A DNA stretch of 64,000 nt from a virus (lineage: Duplodnaviria; Caudoviricetes), in IMG/VR virus record IMGVR_UViG_3300037297_000386, one strand, 5' to 3'. A model generated the notes under the pieces. It was given only the letters and a program-made list of their open reading frames with translations. It had not been told where the DNA came from and searched no databases. A program made the position numbers and the translations under genes. Of this stretch, positions 42,301 to 50,477 are shown in pieces (the first letter of the stretch is position 1; each line of letters begins with the position of its first letter).

Positions 42301-42792
42301 CAAACTAGATCCGGTTGGAGATGACAAATCTGTCACAGAATGGGCTGGAAATAGCGCTAACTCAAAACCACGAAAATTAGGATCGGCATGAGCGGCATTT
42401 GTTTTACCTATTGATAAATCAGGTGGAACTATATGTTTTACACGTACAAATTCTATATCCTCTGGATTATCTGATGCAGGCGTAGAATGGACTGCAACAA
42501 AAGTCTGGATAGATGATAGCCCAGACATGCCAGATGTAGCTAAAGAATGTAAACGAATTTTTTGACGTCTGGATGCTACTGCGCCGTTTGGCCAATCACC
42601 ATATTCCGGAGATGTAAACAAAGTATCGGATGTAGGGGTTTCACTAAATATATCATTCCGTAGAATTATTTCCGAATTACCAAATGGCTCTTCAACATAT
42701 GATTTATCCGACCCTAAAGTATTAGCCTTTCGTTGCTCACACTTATCGGCTCCGGCAATTTTTTCTTGGTCTAAGTTTGTAAAAGTTGCCAT
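36367..42792 (-). CDS. Very long parallel beta-helix tailspike/fibre (2141 aa)
   Basis: Pectate-lyase-like cap (MQMAVDSLSPYGGTVYLKEGDY...VNIPSNVKVIG) followed by ~1800 aa of N/S/I/D-rich beta-helix repeats. Confidence 0.8.
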   Translation of the reverse strand: MATFTNLDQEKIAGADKCEQRKANTLGSDKSYVEEPFGNSEIILRNDIFSETPTSDTLFTSPEYGDWPNGAVASRRQKIRLHSLATSGMSGLSSIQTFVAVHSTPASDNPEDIEFVRVKHIVPPDLSIGKTNAAHADPNFRGFELALFPAHSVTDLSSPTGSSLDAYDGYGSIPITADPTAEYGIGNNARWTVDYANGIIRFTGAPLNGINSIMNPFGVYGDIDGYERPEDEGRLTMFATFYQYTGPTLIDNDDVNIVTVGDGINSFGTYYGQTSTVMQMAVDSLSPYGGTVYLKEGDYVYTDTVNIPSNVKVIGLSKRAEITRPNSLPAFSVQGSDASISGLTIKTNGSTEKRAAIEITTTSASQTIQNIKIKNNELWATHDAYGIGFAPKHINTTYKNIDIYSNIFDSPSFDRPVYIGNYIIDGLSVTPSVSIDNINITSNNFKISESAVDGYAIYFESGISDGGILENIREIHITENNIALTADIGLDIDTILENVRICNNSEFRNIYINGLSGSIIKDNVFNDIHLDGYIVDSQFNNNIINSFGIYNSVSDFNFVGNICFGKALFKADDTTSDWEINNVNISDNKFHDDLDISGSLHGFGQHNIKNLIIDNNSVTSSINFATSANSAGGNITYSDLKVTNNMIGDADTTIVDSINFGDDAYVGIYLSACIFSNNIMHGDMVFNERVYLDTDTKGIELTGNTFVGSKGIYWYSHKLHNISISNNRVNHIDLFYDIYAGDSADGSSSDIIVIKDNVMMGSSNITLHDMIANSSGFTLQGCTIENNVFDTTGSIIVMESTTDANDYTFEDLSVSGNKLVAGSINIGGTLDSDSNFNDLSIKNNWVTGGNVAIAAATGNKIQISGNHVSSDLILNGNITNAMISNNAVLGAIDLNGDLDETSITSNMAGSTGFDFAGTIDNSIISENTSSGKIELHDSCDESKICNNRLEGDLTIVAISNSTIDSNSILGSSGISSTTWSNTVFSNNEIENNLNVSTSVSNSVFGNNTVRGNVTSVGDITKSTITGLMVAGTFGAGSVTSTKIDSNTIGNASITGHVIQITGSINNSSISNNTILRDFTNTGIGGISISGSVSSSCINGNSCSGDLIISGTLGNHSTLNNNNARVFNLSTTSYTSIIGNVVDSDGYDLAPYAALIIGDLTNVACSNNIFRSTSTTADISVGDCSDVTFSGNLLFSEPSQKIVFGAITGTEISDCKFVSSSVEVTSMISSSIDNSVLDAGFTMPSLAGTLLNNSSITNTEIDGAVSFTNSGTNAIFLNSTFGYNTLTNSSSNAFVIQSGDKIFEKSHFDGNTIIGAVTMDVNEDSSGHYLLLDSTFCNNIFASGLGCLGVDSASYSTYVLDSVISNNQFDGYLSIGTDLNTTTSGNLFNNTIFNSNRIGSYFNLGPSGRTIVTYQNSVISDNSFGSDISISGSLAGCSISNNVMKDNVTIGTLSGTVMSSNMIGSDGDGNLTLSGLSQNSTCVSNIVNGTFEIDDSIEDGYVSSSNIINNTINSTFTIDGAITDALIDNNNIVGVSTISGTLSDSSFSSNHSASTVTFSNSLDSCVINNNIVDDSSDLVFSGAVGGTASSGCVISNNRCNNLNMNGDCDYADIISNYVNGTFTLSASAKERLSIVGNKFNIISASAAPLSNSTVGNNIVDSTVGLNSLTNCVLNGNVFSDNVTISGNVSKSIIENNIMSGISGYISITLSGTFTDSVFSDNQLYQTLSFTYSSDNSIVRSTISSNNIYGAIQIADRIYDSLISDNMIYGNGNNTSLEEIYYSVINNNKFEDTVDITGAVYNSNITGNNFSGSTDALDFLSSLVSTTFSSNYVDNIDFTGVLNDCVITDNIFSSVVNFDATSTSLQDCTISCNQFDDTVTIDGDLVRCIVTGNQIASTLSVDDLNVVSVTSNVFNAAFNSSSWTDVSCSGNTFNSTASAGSNTITESSIGNNIFNSTFTSGKWIDVACNGNSFNSSLTVTDTGTDTACITRVAFQGNNCKGLIHFAKTGDGTADNFIHSTFSGNVFQTGLALGSSGVANEHTRIAITGNSGPGYITIYTGPGTEMDSCMIIANSMTGALTLSLSAAGDYDCPALNGTSDPMIALNWFSSYSGINFTNHAIGWGNSSSANTGTTFGSNMTSAAT

Positions 42793-42806
42793 TTAAAATC
42801 TGCTCC

Positions 42807-45512
42807 TTACGGTAATAGTTGTAACATCGTCAAAATTTTCTGTTTAGAAATTTCTCGCTGTGCCAATGTAGACCCAAAATAAGTTACTTTAACGGCAATG
42901 GCATAATTATATGTATTATTAGAATCTTCAAATATAGCATCAGCAGTGTTTCTAGGACCAAACGTAAAAGGTACAGTAAAATCTCCTGAGTTACCGGTAA
43001 CTTCTCCATACAAAGCCCCATATCCGTCACTTTGCCCTGGTCCATAATATTGCCCGGTCTCGAACAAACGACTAATATCTAACCATTCTGTACTATTGGT
43101 CCCAGTTCCTGGAATTTTAACTTCAATTCTTCCGAATCTGTTCTGATTATTATGCTGTATATCCCAGAATGATATAGGTGATTCTCCATTACTAACGACT
43201 CTCAATTTCCCACTATTTATGGGATATCCCAGTGTAAATAATCTTCTATAAGACAAATCCCCTGTTTTGGTTGAATAATCCATGCTTGCTAAATCAACTT
43301 GATATGGACGTATTCGATGTCTGACATTATAATAATCAGTTTGTGGGTAAATTAGTCCTGGTATATTATATTCTGTATCGGTAAATCTACCACCAACTTG
43401 TAGACTATCTATTGGTAATGGTGACTGATAATCAAAAGAAGATAAATCATCATATCCATCTATAATCATAGTTTTTGTAAAACTTACTGAATCGGCCATG
43501 CGTTTAGATTCATCAGTGAAATACTCTGTGGTATTGGTTGATCTGGTAATAGAATGGCTATTTACTAATATACGATGAATAGATTCTGCACCAAATGCTG
43601 TGTATCCGTCTCCTGGCCCAAATGGATCATTCATTGTACCACTTATATAAGTATGAGTACTAAATCGATCTGACGCAGGATAAAGGCGACGACTTTCATT
43701 TGTAGCTGTTCCATTGATTAAAGTAGTATCATCTACTATATAATATGTTTGGTCACCAAAAGATGGAAGATTACTAGATGACCATTTCATATATCCGTCA
43801 TCAAGCAATTCTGTTACAGCAACGTTAGCCCCCCAGTATCCATCACTAATTCCATTCGGAAAATTGAGTACATTGGTTTCAAATGTCAAAATGTCATTAT
43901 ATTTATACGTTTTATTAAAAACATTATTATCACTTCTCAATTCGAATTCAAATAAATCATCTGCACCATTATAGTATTTTATACCTGATCTCATCGTTGT
44001 CCCATCTATTGATGGGGTATCAGACACAGGGCGCAAATTGATTAATTCTATCCCAGGTCTAGTTGGGCTACTATCAACGTATACATTAGAAAATCTTATC
44101 GGAGAATGGCCATCGTGATCATCTATTACCCATGTAGTATCTGTTGAACTATATAGATCAGTAGAAGCTGGATTACCTGTATAACTAGCGGTTGAATTTT
44201 CTTTAAAATGTAATATCCTATAGCTTGATATATTATCATTAGCTTCAACTTCAGTAATATCATTCGGTGATGATAAAGCTCCGCCAACAACATCATCATT
44301 GGAAATTGGTATTAAATATTTAGCAATCTGTAAACGTGTAAAATCATTTTCAAAATTATCATATGGTTGTTCTCCATCAGAATTTTCGTTTACTGATGAA
44401 TAATCTTTTTTTACTGGATATCTATCATATAATGTTATCGTATCAAAATTTTCTAACGTAGGGGTATAAACTTTTTGTCCTGTTGTACGAGTTGTGTTAT
44501 CAAATGCAGTACCCAAATCCAATACAGCAACTGGGAAAAAGTCGGACACTCCACGCAGTTTTCGTTGTAGTACTAGAGTTCCACGATCTGCCGGAAATAC
44601 CATTCCACCTATCATAGATTGTAATCGGCTGTTGCCAGATATATTGGTTGCCGTTCTTGTAATATATCGCGTAAACTTGAATCCCTCCGATGGAAGAGAA
44701 TAGTATCCATGTACAGATTCAAGGCCATAAATTTCGAAATGTTCTATCAATTCAACACCTTCACCTGGATTTACCAAAGATGTATTATTTCTGGTAACCC
44801 TTATTCTTTTATTCGTATCACTAGAGGTTAAGATCAAAACCTCACCCTGTCCGAGTTCCCATGTAGCATTTCTGACTACAACAGAATTTCCAAATGTAGA
44901 GTCGCCAGGGGCCATCCAGGATAAAGTACTAATACTGGAAGCATGTGCCATCTTTAAATAACCATCGCCATCCGGTGTATTTATACTAACTTCAAAAACA
45001 TGAATACCGCGAATACCAGGATCAACAGAAGACGGTTGAGTTCGTTTTTGAATGGTATCACTAGAAGAAATGTTAAATATAAATTTTGTTCCATATCCAT
45101 CGTAACTTGTTGGAATTCCATCATTGGGAACTTTACTATTATCTTCTCCAATATTGTCTGGTTGTGGCGGTAATAAAGATGACAATTCTTCTAGAGCTTC
45201 CTCTACATCATCGCCAAAGTAATGATCTTCTTCATCTAAGATAGAAATAGCACTTGCATCATGAGCATCTTCGGTGTCAGCAAGATGTGCTAATATAAGA
45301 GCTTTAGCATCTCCAATATTATCAAGCCGCGAAGCGACTGTTGCAAAAGTTCCACTGGGTTGCACTCCTAATTCATATTCGATTTTAATTATCGCATCGC
45401 GCAATCTATTTACATCTGCTGCAACTATTTCATGCACACCATCACGACGCAAAGGCATAGTACCATAGCTGTCTAAATGCTCAGGATATACCGAATATGA
45501 TTCGTTTGCCAT
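42807..45512 (-). CDS. Virion appendage/collar protein (901 aa)
   Basis: N-terminus YP..LD...VNRLRDAI.KIE.ELG.QP.G is related to the anchor domain of the two fibre genes. HLADTEDAHDASAIS is a fibre-type His motif. Confidence 0.65.
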   Translation of the reverse strand: MANESYSVYPEHLDSYGTMPLRRDGVHEIVAADVNRLRDAIIKIEYELGVQPSGTFATVASRLDNIGDAKALILAHLADTEDAHDASAISILDEEDHYFGDDVEEALEELSSLLPPQPDNIGEDNSKVPNDGIPTSYDGYGTKFIFNISSSDTIQKRTQPSSVDPGIRGIHVFEVSINTPDGDGYLKMAHASSISTLSWMAPGDSTFGNSVVVRNATWELGQGEVLILTSSDTNKRIRVTRNNTSLVNPGEGVELIEHFEIYGLESVHGYYSLPSEGFKFTRYITRTATNISGNSRLQSMIGGMVFPADRGTLVLQRKLRGVSDFFPVAVLDLGTAFDNTTRTTGQKVYTPTLENFDTITLYDRYPVKKDYSSVNENSDGEQPYDNFENDFTRLQIAKYLIPISNDDVVGGALSSPNDITEVEANDNISSYRILHFKENSTASYTGNPASTDLYSSTDTTWVIDDHDGHSPIRFSNVYVDSSPTRPGIELINLRPVSDTPSIDGTTMRSGIKYYNGADDLFEFELRSDNNVFNKTYKYNDILTFETNVLNFPNGISDGYWGANVAVTELLDDGYMKWSSSNLPSFGDQTYYIVDDTTLINGTATNESRRLYPASDRFSTHTYISGTMNDPFGPGDGYTAFGAESIHRILVNSHSITRSTNTTEYFTDESKRMADSVSFTKTMIIDGYDDLSSFDYQSPLPIDSLQVGGRFTDTEYNIPGLIYPQTDYYNVRHRIRPYQVDLASMDYSTKTGDLSYRRLFTLGYPINSGKLRVVSNGESPISFWDIQHNNQNRFGRIEVKIPGTGTNSTEWLDISRLFETGQYYGPGQSDGYGALYGEVTGNSGDFTVPFTFGPRNTADAIFEDSNNTYNYAIAVKVTYFGSTLAQREISKQKILTMLQLLP

Positions 45513-45541
45513 TTATTATCTCCAGATAAACATATTTACCG

Positions 45542-46921
45542 TTATATTAACGTTTCTATTGGAAATTGGTAGACTACGTCCGTTTTGTCAAGTCTTTTAA
45601 TTCTAAATGATTGTTTTCCAGTTTTTCCAAAAAATAATTTATTTCTGACTACATCTAAACATTCATAACGAAACTCTTCCGTACCATCTTCATTAAACCT
45701 AATTATAATAGATCTATCTTTAATTGTAGGTACATTAATGGTCCAACAATTTGGAATTTCTACTGATTGCCTGGCTCCTTGAGCAGCCATTAATTCCAAA
45801 TCATCTGTATAAGGAGGTATTCTAGCTAAAATAAAACCTTGCGTATTTTGGCTGTATTCTGAGATTGGTCTCGGATTAACATATCTATCATAACCACCAT
45901 CAAACCCAACATTAAAACAGTATGGGCATCTTGTGCGAGGATGTTCTCTTCTCAATCCTTGACATCTACAGCGCTTTCCAGTCCATTTTCGTTTTAATAA
46001 AATTACTGTTTCACCAGTAACCTGTAACATAGCATCCAATCTTGCTAGATTACGATCTTGAAAAAACAGACCTCTTCCGTTATCAAACTCTCCACCTACA
46101 TAGCTTTTAACACATTCTCCACTAAAAGTAGCTTGTAAACTTGGTCTATGATAACTATTATAATCATAACTTGGGAAATCTAATGTATTTTGATCAGATA
46201 CGGATAAGTCTGTTGTCAACAAATCCTGTGATTTTGATCTATATCCATCTTCATCTACATTATATTCACCAATAGCCTCTGTATTACGGGGTGTTCCGTA
46301 TGATTGGTGCCAGGCAGCAGTTTCTTGAAAAATTACAGTATTTTGCTCTTCAACGCCATGCCATAATTTTACTTCGGTTCCTGCAAGATGTGTATCTATA
46401 TATGTAATATAAGCACCCCGTTGTATGTCTTCAACTATAAATGCCGTATCTGTTTTTGTGCTATATTGTAAAATTTCAGTATCAATTAATAGGAACCCTT
46501 TGTTTGGATAACCTTGTGTACTACCAACTTCTACTGTTGCTCCGTATGCATCAATATCTTCCTGTAATATGACAGTATTAGGATATTGATATACATTATT
46601 ACTAATTTGATCTAGATCTTCTATGTCGAACTCTTCTATATCAAACTCAGTCGCTCTAACGGCAAAATAGTATAAATTGCCTGGGTCAACGTTGATCACC
46701 GCCTGTTTATCTCTCGTTATAGCCTGAGGCCAATTATCAAAAACTCCAAAACGAGTGTCAGAATAATATATATTATAATGTATTATGTTGGAAACGTTAT
46801 TTGGAGTTGCTTGGCCCCATGTGAGCTTTAGACCCATCCCGTTGCCAACATCCTCTACAACTCTAAGGCCAACATAAAAATCCCATGTAGGTTTTGGTCT
46901 GCATCCAACCGAACTTGTCAC
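45542..46921 (-). CDS. Head-closure/neck protein with N-terminal FN3-like domain and CxC...CxxC motif
   Basis: LTWGQATP...HYNIYY...YYFAVRA (FN3-like). C-terminal GETVILLKRKWTGKRCRC...CPYCF..GF.GGY and P.IKDR..II...EFRY fit head-closure proteins. Confidence 0.6.
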   Translation of the reverse strand: MTSSVGCRPKPTWDFYVGLRVVEDVGNGMGLKLTWGQATPNNVSNIIHYNIYYSDTRFGVFDNWPQAITRDKQAVINVDPGNLYYFAVRATEFDIEEFDIEDLDQISNNVYQYPNTVILQEDIDAYGATVEVGSTQGYPNKGFLLIDTEILQYSTKTDTAFIVEDIQRGAYITYIDTHLAGTEVKLWHGVEEQNTVIFQETAAWHQSYGTPRNTEAIGEYNVDEDGYRSKSQDLLTTDLSVSDQNTLDFPSYDYNSYHRPSLQATFSGECVKSYVGGEFDNGRGLFFQDRNLARLDAMLQVTGETVILLKRKWTGKRCRCQGLRREHPRTRCPYCFNVGFDGGYDRYVNPRPISEYSQNTQGFILARIPPYTDDLELMAAQGARQSVEIPNCWTINVPTIKDRSIIIRFNEDGTEEFRYECLDVVRNKLFFGKTGKQSFRIKRLDKTDVVYQFPIETLI

Positions 46922-46933
46922 AATAGGTCCTCG

Positions 46934-47455
46934 TTACTCTTCCATCAGCTCTTTTTTCTTCTTATCACGTTCCGTACCCACCAAATCATGATGGTCCAAC
47001 AGTTTTTCTACATAATCATCTGCTTCCTTTTCAGATTCTTCCCTCTTTTTAAAATTTATTTGAGTTTTAAATGCTTCTTCTTCTGTATCTAGGTCTAAAT
47101 AATCCTTATTTTTATTGTGTTTGCAATTTTGTCCAGTTGATTGTTGTAAATAGTGAACCAACTCATGAATTAAATAATGTGTAGGATCTTTAACATCGCT
47201 ATCATCATCTAACATTTTTTCATTTAAAAATATTTCTCTATTTTTTGTTTTAGCTGATACATCTAAATCGCAGAATTGTACAGAAACATCATCTATGTCA
47301 TCTATTGGGACATCATATTCTTTAAATTTTTTTATAATAGCAGGGTCTTGTTTGGCTTGTTCTTTCATTTCAATTATAAGTTTTTCAATATCTGGGTCCG
47401 ACCTGCTACTTATCTTTTTCAGTGTCAGATGCCTCATAGACAGCTTTTTCATCAT
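46934..47455 (-). CDS. Small zincin-type metallopeptidase (HExxH)
   Basis: THYLIHELVHYLQ plus downstream TEEEAF as a candidate third zinc ligand. Confidence 0.65.
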   Translation of the reverse strand: MMKKLSMRHLTLKKISSRSDPDIEKLIIEMKEQAKQDPAIIKKFKEYDVPIDDIDDVSVQFCDLDVSAKTKNREIFLNEKMLDDDSDVKDPTHYLIHELVHYLQQSTGQNCKHNKNKDYLDLDTEEEAFKTQINFKKREESEKEADDYVEKLLDHHDLVGTERDKKKKELMEE

Positions 47456-47642
47456 CTCCCTCTTTTGACATCGAAGATTTCATCATATTCTGTAATTTTA
47501 AACTTTGGTTAAGAACAGCAATTCGTTGTTTAGCAGCAGCAATAGCTGTAGCAAGTCCTAACAGTTCTAATTCTACTTCTTCCTCTGTCGATGGATTACT
47601 GTATCCAACATATTTAATTGACAAACTTTCTAGTTTTTTCAT
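47406..47642 (-). CDS. Hypothetical protein (78 aa)
   Basis: AAGGAG SD before the ATG. Helical composition. Confidence 0.55.
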   Translation of the reverse strand: MKKLESLSIKYVGYSNPSTEEEVELELLGLATAIAAAKQRIAVLNQSLKLQNMMKSSMSKEGDDEKAVYEASDTEKDK

Positions 47643-47654
47643 TTACTTTCTCCT

Positions 47655-48137
47655 TTAGGGTGCTGGCGATGGTACGTCTCCTGTTAACATTTTAATAATA
47701 AGAATTACAAGAGCTATAACTCCTGGAGCAACAACACCAGCTACTTTTAATTTTGCTAGCATTCGTTCACGCCTAAATTCTTTTTCTGTTTTTTGCTCCT
47801 GATCACGTAAAAGTTTTTCATTGTTTATAGCATCTCTTAATTCTTTAATAGATTTATGTACATCATCAGCAAATTTATCAAAATTATTTTCCATATCTTC
47901 TAATGATTTTTCCATTAAAGCTAGACGCGTAATCATAGAACCTTTACCATTTCCTTCGCGTACAATATGTGACAACGACTCAACACTACTGCTTAATGAA
48001 TCTAATTTTACTTTAACTAATACCAAAGAAGAAGCATTATCTTTTATATCACCTAACAAATTTTGCATCAAATTTGTAGCAGATTCTAAACTTTTAGCTA
48101 ATTCTTCGGCCAGCTTGTTATTTTCTGAAACAGTCAT
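47655..48137 (-). CDS. Coiled-coil protein with C-terminal transmembrane helix (holin/XhlA-like architecture)
   Basis: ATG at 48137 with GGAG SD. Heptad-rich body and C-terminal VAGVVAPGVIALVILIIKML. Confidence 0.55.
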   Translation of the reverse strand: MTVSENNKLAEELAKSLESATNLMQNLLGDIKDNASSLVLVKVKLDSLSSSVESLSHIVREGNGKGSMITRLALMEKSLEDMENNFDKFADDVHKSIKELRDAINNEKLLRDQEQKTEKEFRRERMLAKLKVAGVVAPGVIALVILIIKMLTGDVPSPAP

Positions 48138-48291
48138 CGAGTTCTCCAGCCAAACAAACAATCTCTTCACATTGCTTTTTTGTCTTATATATCTCTTCTG
48201 GAATTCTTGCTTTTAGTGTCCGATTTAATTGATCAACGTAAGCCTTAAGTATCATCAAAAATTTTTCAAAATTTTTATCATTAGTATCCAT
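48118..48291 (-). CDS. Small hypothetical protein (~57 aa)
   Basis: ATG at 48291 with GAGGT SD (MDTNDKNFEKF...). Overlaps the start of the next gene. Confidence 0.45.
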   Translation of the reverse strand: MDTNDKNFEKFLMILKAYVDQLNRTLKARIPEEIYKTKKQCEEIVCLAGELDDCFRK

Positions 48292-48570
48292 TTTTATTCG
48301 AACCTCATGTTTATTTGCCCTATCCATTACCCATTTGATACATAAGATGTTTCCATCCAATAACTACCAGTATAAACTAATGTTAATGCTCTACAAACAG
48401 ACACAGTGTGCCCAGCATTCAACACCAAATCATTAAGCTGTATCAGCTCCTAAGTTTAATGCTTCTGTTCTTGCATATGTTCTGTTATCTGTCCCAGAGC
48501 TTAGTTGCAGTGGGCGTGGATATATCTATCTCCAAGTTTCATGCGAGAAACTTTTTCCAGTTAATATCCA

Positions 48571-48810
48571 TCAGTCTGGTGTCCAGGTTCCTGCAAAACT
48601 AAAGGTCGCTGTTATCGCTGTTGTTGTCTCACCCATTACTAAGCTAACAACAGTCCCAACTTCAACTTCTCCCGAGCCAGGAGTTAATCCTAACTCATCT
48701 TCCGCAGCTGACATAAGAAAGCTCTTTACTTTGTCCCAAAAATCTTCGACATTTGGATTTGTATTGTTAACTTCTGTTGATACTGTTACTGATACAACTT
48801 GTGTTGACAT
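48571..48810 (-). CDS. Small acidic, Thr/Val-rich probable virion protein
   Basis: AAGGAG SD. Composition typical of structural proteins. Confidence 0.6.
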   Translation of the reverse strand: MSTQVVSVTVSTEVNNTNPNVEDFWDKVKSFLMSAAEDELGLTPGSGEVEVGTVVSLVMGETTTAITATFSFAGTWTPD

Positions 48811-48835
48811 TTGTTTCTCCCTTCCCCTTTTTTAT

Positions 48836-50068
48836 TTAAGGACTCCAGTACAAAATACCAATCGTACATTCGCCTGCAGAAACCGAAGTCCAGTCATTAT
48901 CAACTGTTATGGTGACAGTTACTGTTTTAGCTGCATCGTGCCATTTCGTTCCGCTAGGGTCACCCATATCTACGCCCGAAGCATTAGAAGTATATACATC
49001 TGGTGTGCCTGTATTGTATCTATCTACAACTGTACCATCACCTACTTGTATCGTTGCTGTAGAGTTAACTCCACCAGTAAAGCCAGTAAGTGTATGAAGA
49101 ATACACGCAACGACCACTGCGCCATCAGGTATTTGTTCATCTAAGTCTAATGTTCCTACAACTCCTCCACCGTCTGTAAAATCATCGTAGGCTATTGTTT
49201 GATTCACACAGCCAAGACCTGCGCCGTTGCCACCTAAAGCGAGGCGGTTCCAGGTCCACCGCGAATCTTGAGTGCTATCTGTTGCTGGATTTTCGCTTGA
49301 CTTCAATATAATCGTAGGGTCATCTGGTACAGAATAACCATAATTATATTCGTAATACGTCTGACTTCCGACAAGTAAGTGATTCGAACTAGGATGTAGG
49401 AAGAATCCGCCTGGATATGGTGAATATTCTGTAGAAAGGACAAGCCACATTCCCTCAGGACCAACGTATAGTAACTTATTTCTGGTCATGGTTAAATGAT
49501 TATAGAAACCTGTAGCGCTATAGAAAAGGGCATAATCATCAAAACTTGCAACCCCATCAACTTCTAACTTTCCGCCAATAAGTACATCTTCAGTAGTAAG
49601 TGAACGACTTGTAACCGCAGATTTTCCAAGGTTTAATGGTCCTGCGCCGTCAAAAATACGTCCATCTATTCTTAGATTTAATGCACCAGCACTTTCATCA
49701 GTAAGAGTTAACTGACCATCAGTAGTAGTATCAAAGATTACTCCTTGGTCGCCAGCGCTGTTGGATATTATTAGTTTACCTTCGGAATCGGATGTAAGCC
49801 ATGTATCATGTAATTTAACACCAGTCCCGCCAATCTCTAATCTGTTTGTTTCACGGTTCCACTTTAGGTCATTGTCACCAGCTATAGTGGGAGTGCCTGT
49901 GAAGAAAGCAACGTAACCATCGGCACCATAACCAGATATATTGCCATAACCATCTAAACCTTTTAATATATCCTGTATTGCCTCAGAATGTTGACTGTAA
50001 TGTTCAGACACTGTTGTATCTAAAACATTACTAGAAGATCCTGTAACAATTTTAATAAATCCAGACAT
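48836..50068 (-). CDS. Probable virion decoration/fibre protein (410 aa)
   Basis: GGAG SD, Gly/Thr-rich. C-terminal IPDGAVVV...TGF.G...ATIQVGD domain resembles decoration-type beta-sandwiches. Confidence 0.6.
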   Translation of the reverse strand: MSGFIKIVTGSSSNVLDTTVSEHYSQHSEAIQDILKGLDGYGNISGYGADGYVAFFTGTPTIAGDNDLKWNRETNRLEIGGTGVKLHDTWLTSDSEGKLIISNSAGDQGVIFDTTTDGQLTLTDESAGALNLRIDGRIFDGAGPLNLGKSAVTSRSLTTEDVLIGGKLEVDGVASFDDYALFYSATGFYNHLTMTRNKLLYVGPEGMWLVLSTEYSPYPGGFFLHPSSNHLLVGSQTYYEYNYGYSVPDDPTIILKSSENPATDSTQDSRWTWNRLALGGNGAGLGCVNQTIAYDDFTDGGGVVGTLDLDEQIPDGAVVVACILHTLTGFTGGVNSTATIQVGDGTVVDRYNTGTPDVYTSNASGVDMGDPSGTKWHDAAKTVTVTITVDNDWTSVSAGECTIGILYWSP

Positions 50069-50080
50069 TGTATTTCTCCA

Positions 50081-50368
50081 TTATCCCCATACTTCCACTC
50101 TTACAATGCAACTTGTGCCGTTAGAAGAAAGTCTCAACCATATTTTACACTCATGTCTATTATCAAACACAATTCCCGCCGATGGAAGATCAGGATCTAA
50201 TGTACCATGTACATTAACACCATCAAAACTATATTCTATAATTCTACCAGATGTAGTATTCTCATTTAACAAAGCTATACCAGCACTATTAAAACCCCAA
50301 GATAATTCGACATCTTCGAACCACACGGATGAGACTGTCACTCTTTCAAAAAAGTTATATTTACTCAT
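50081..50368 (-). CDS. Small probable virion beta-sandwich protein
   Basis: ATG at 50368 with GGAG SD. IEYSFDG..VHG.L.P...FDNR..KIWLR. Confidence 0.6.
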   Translation of the reverse strand: MSKYNFFERVTVSSVWFEDVELSWGFNSAGIALLNENTTSGRIIEYSFDGVNVHGTLDPDLPSAGIVFDNRHECKIWLRLSSNGTSCIVRVEVWG

Positions 50369-50477
50369 CAAGCTCTCCAAACACTATATTATATTTTCTA
50401 TTTAATTTTATAGTCTCGTCTTAATATAGGAAATTAGCTGTAGATTTTTCGACCAAATTTCCTCCGTACTCAAGAAT

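Noticed and set aside
26971-45512. Diversity-generating retroelement acting on fibre genes
   Set aside because: No reverse transcriptase and no template/variable repeat pair with adenine-specific differences were seen in this window.
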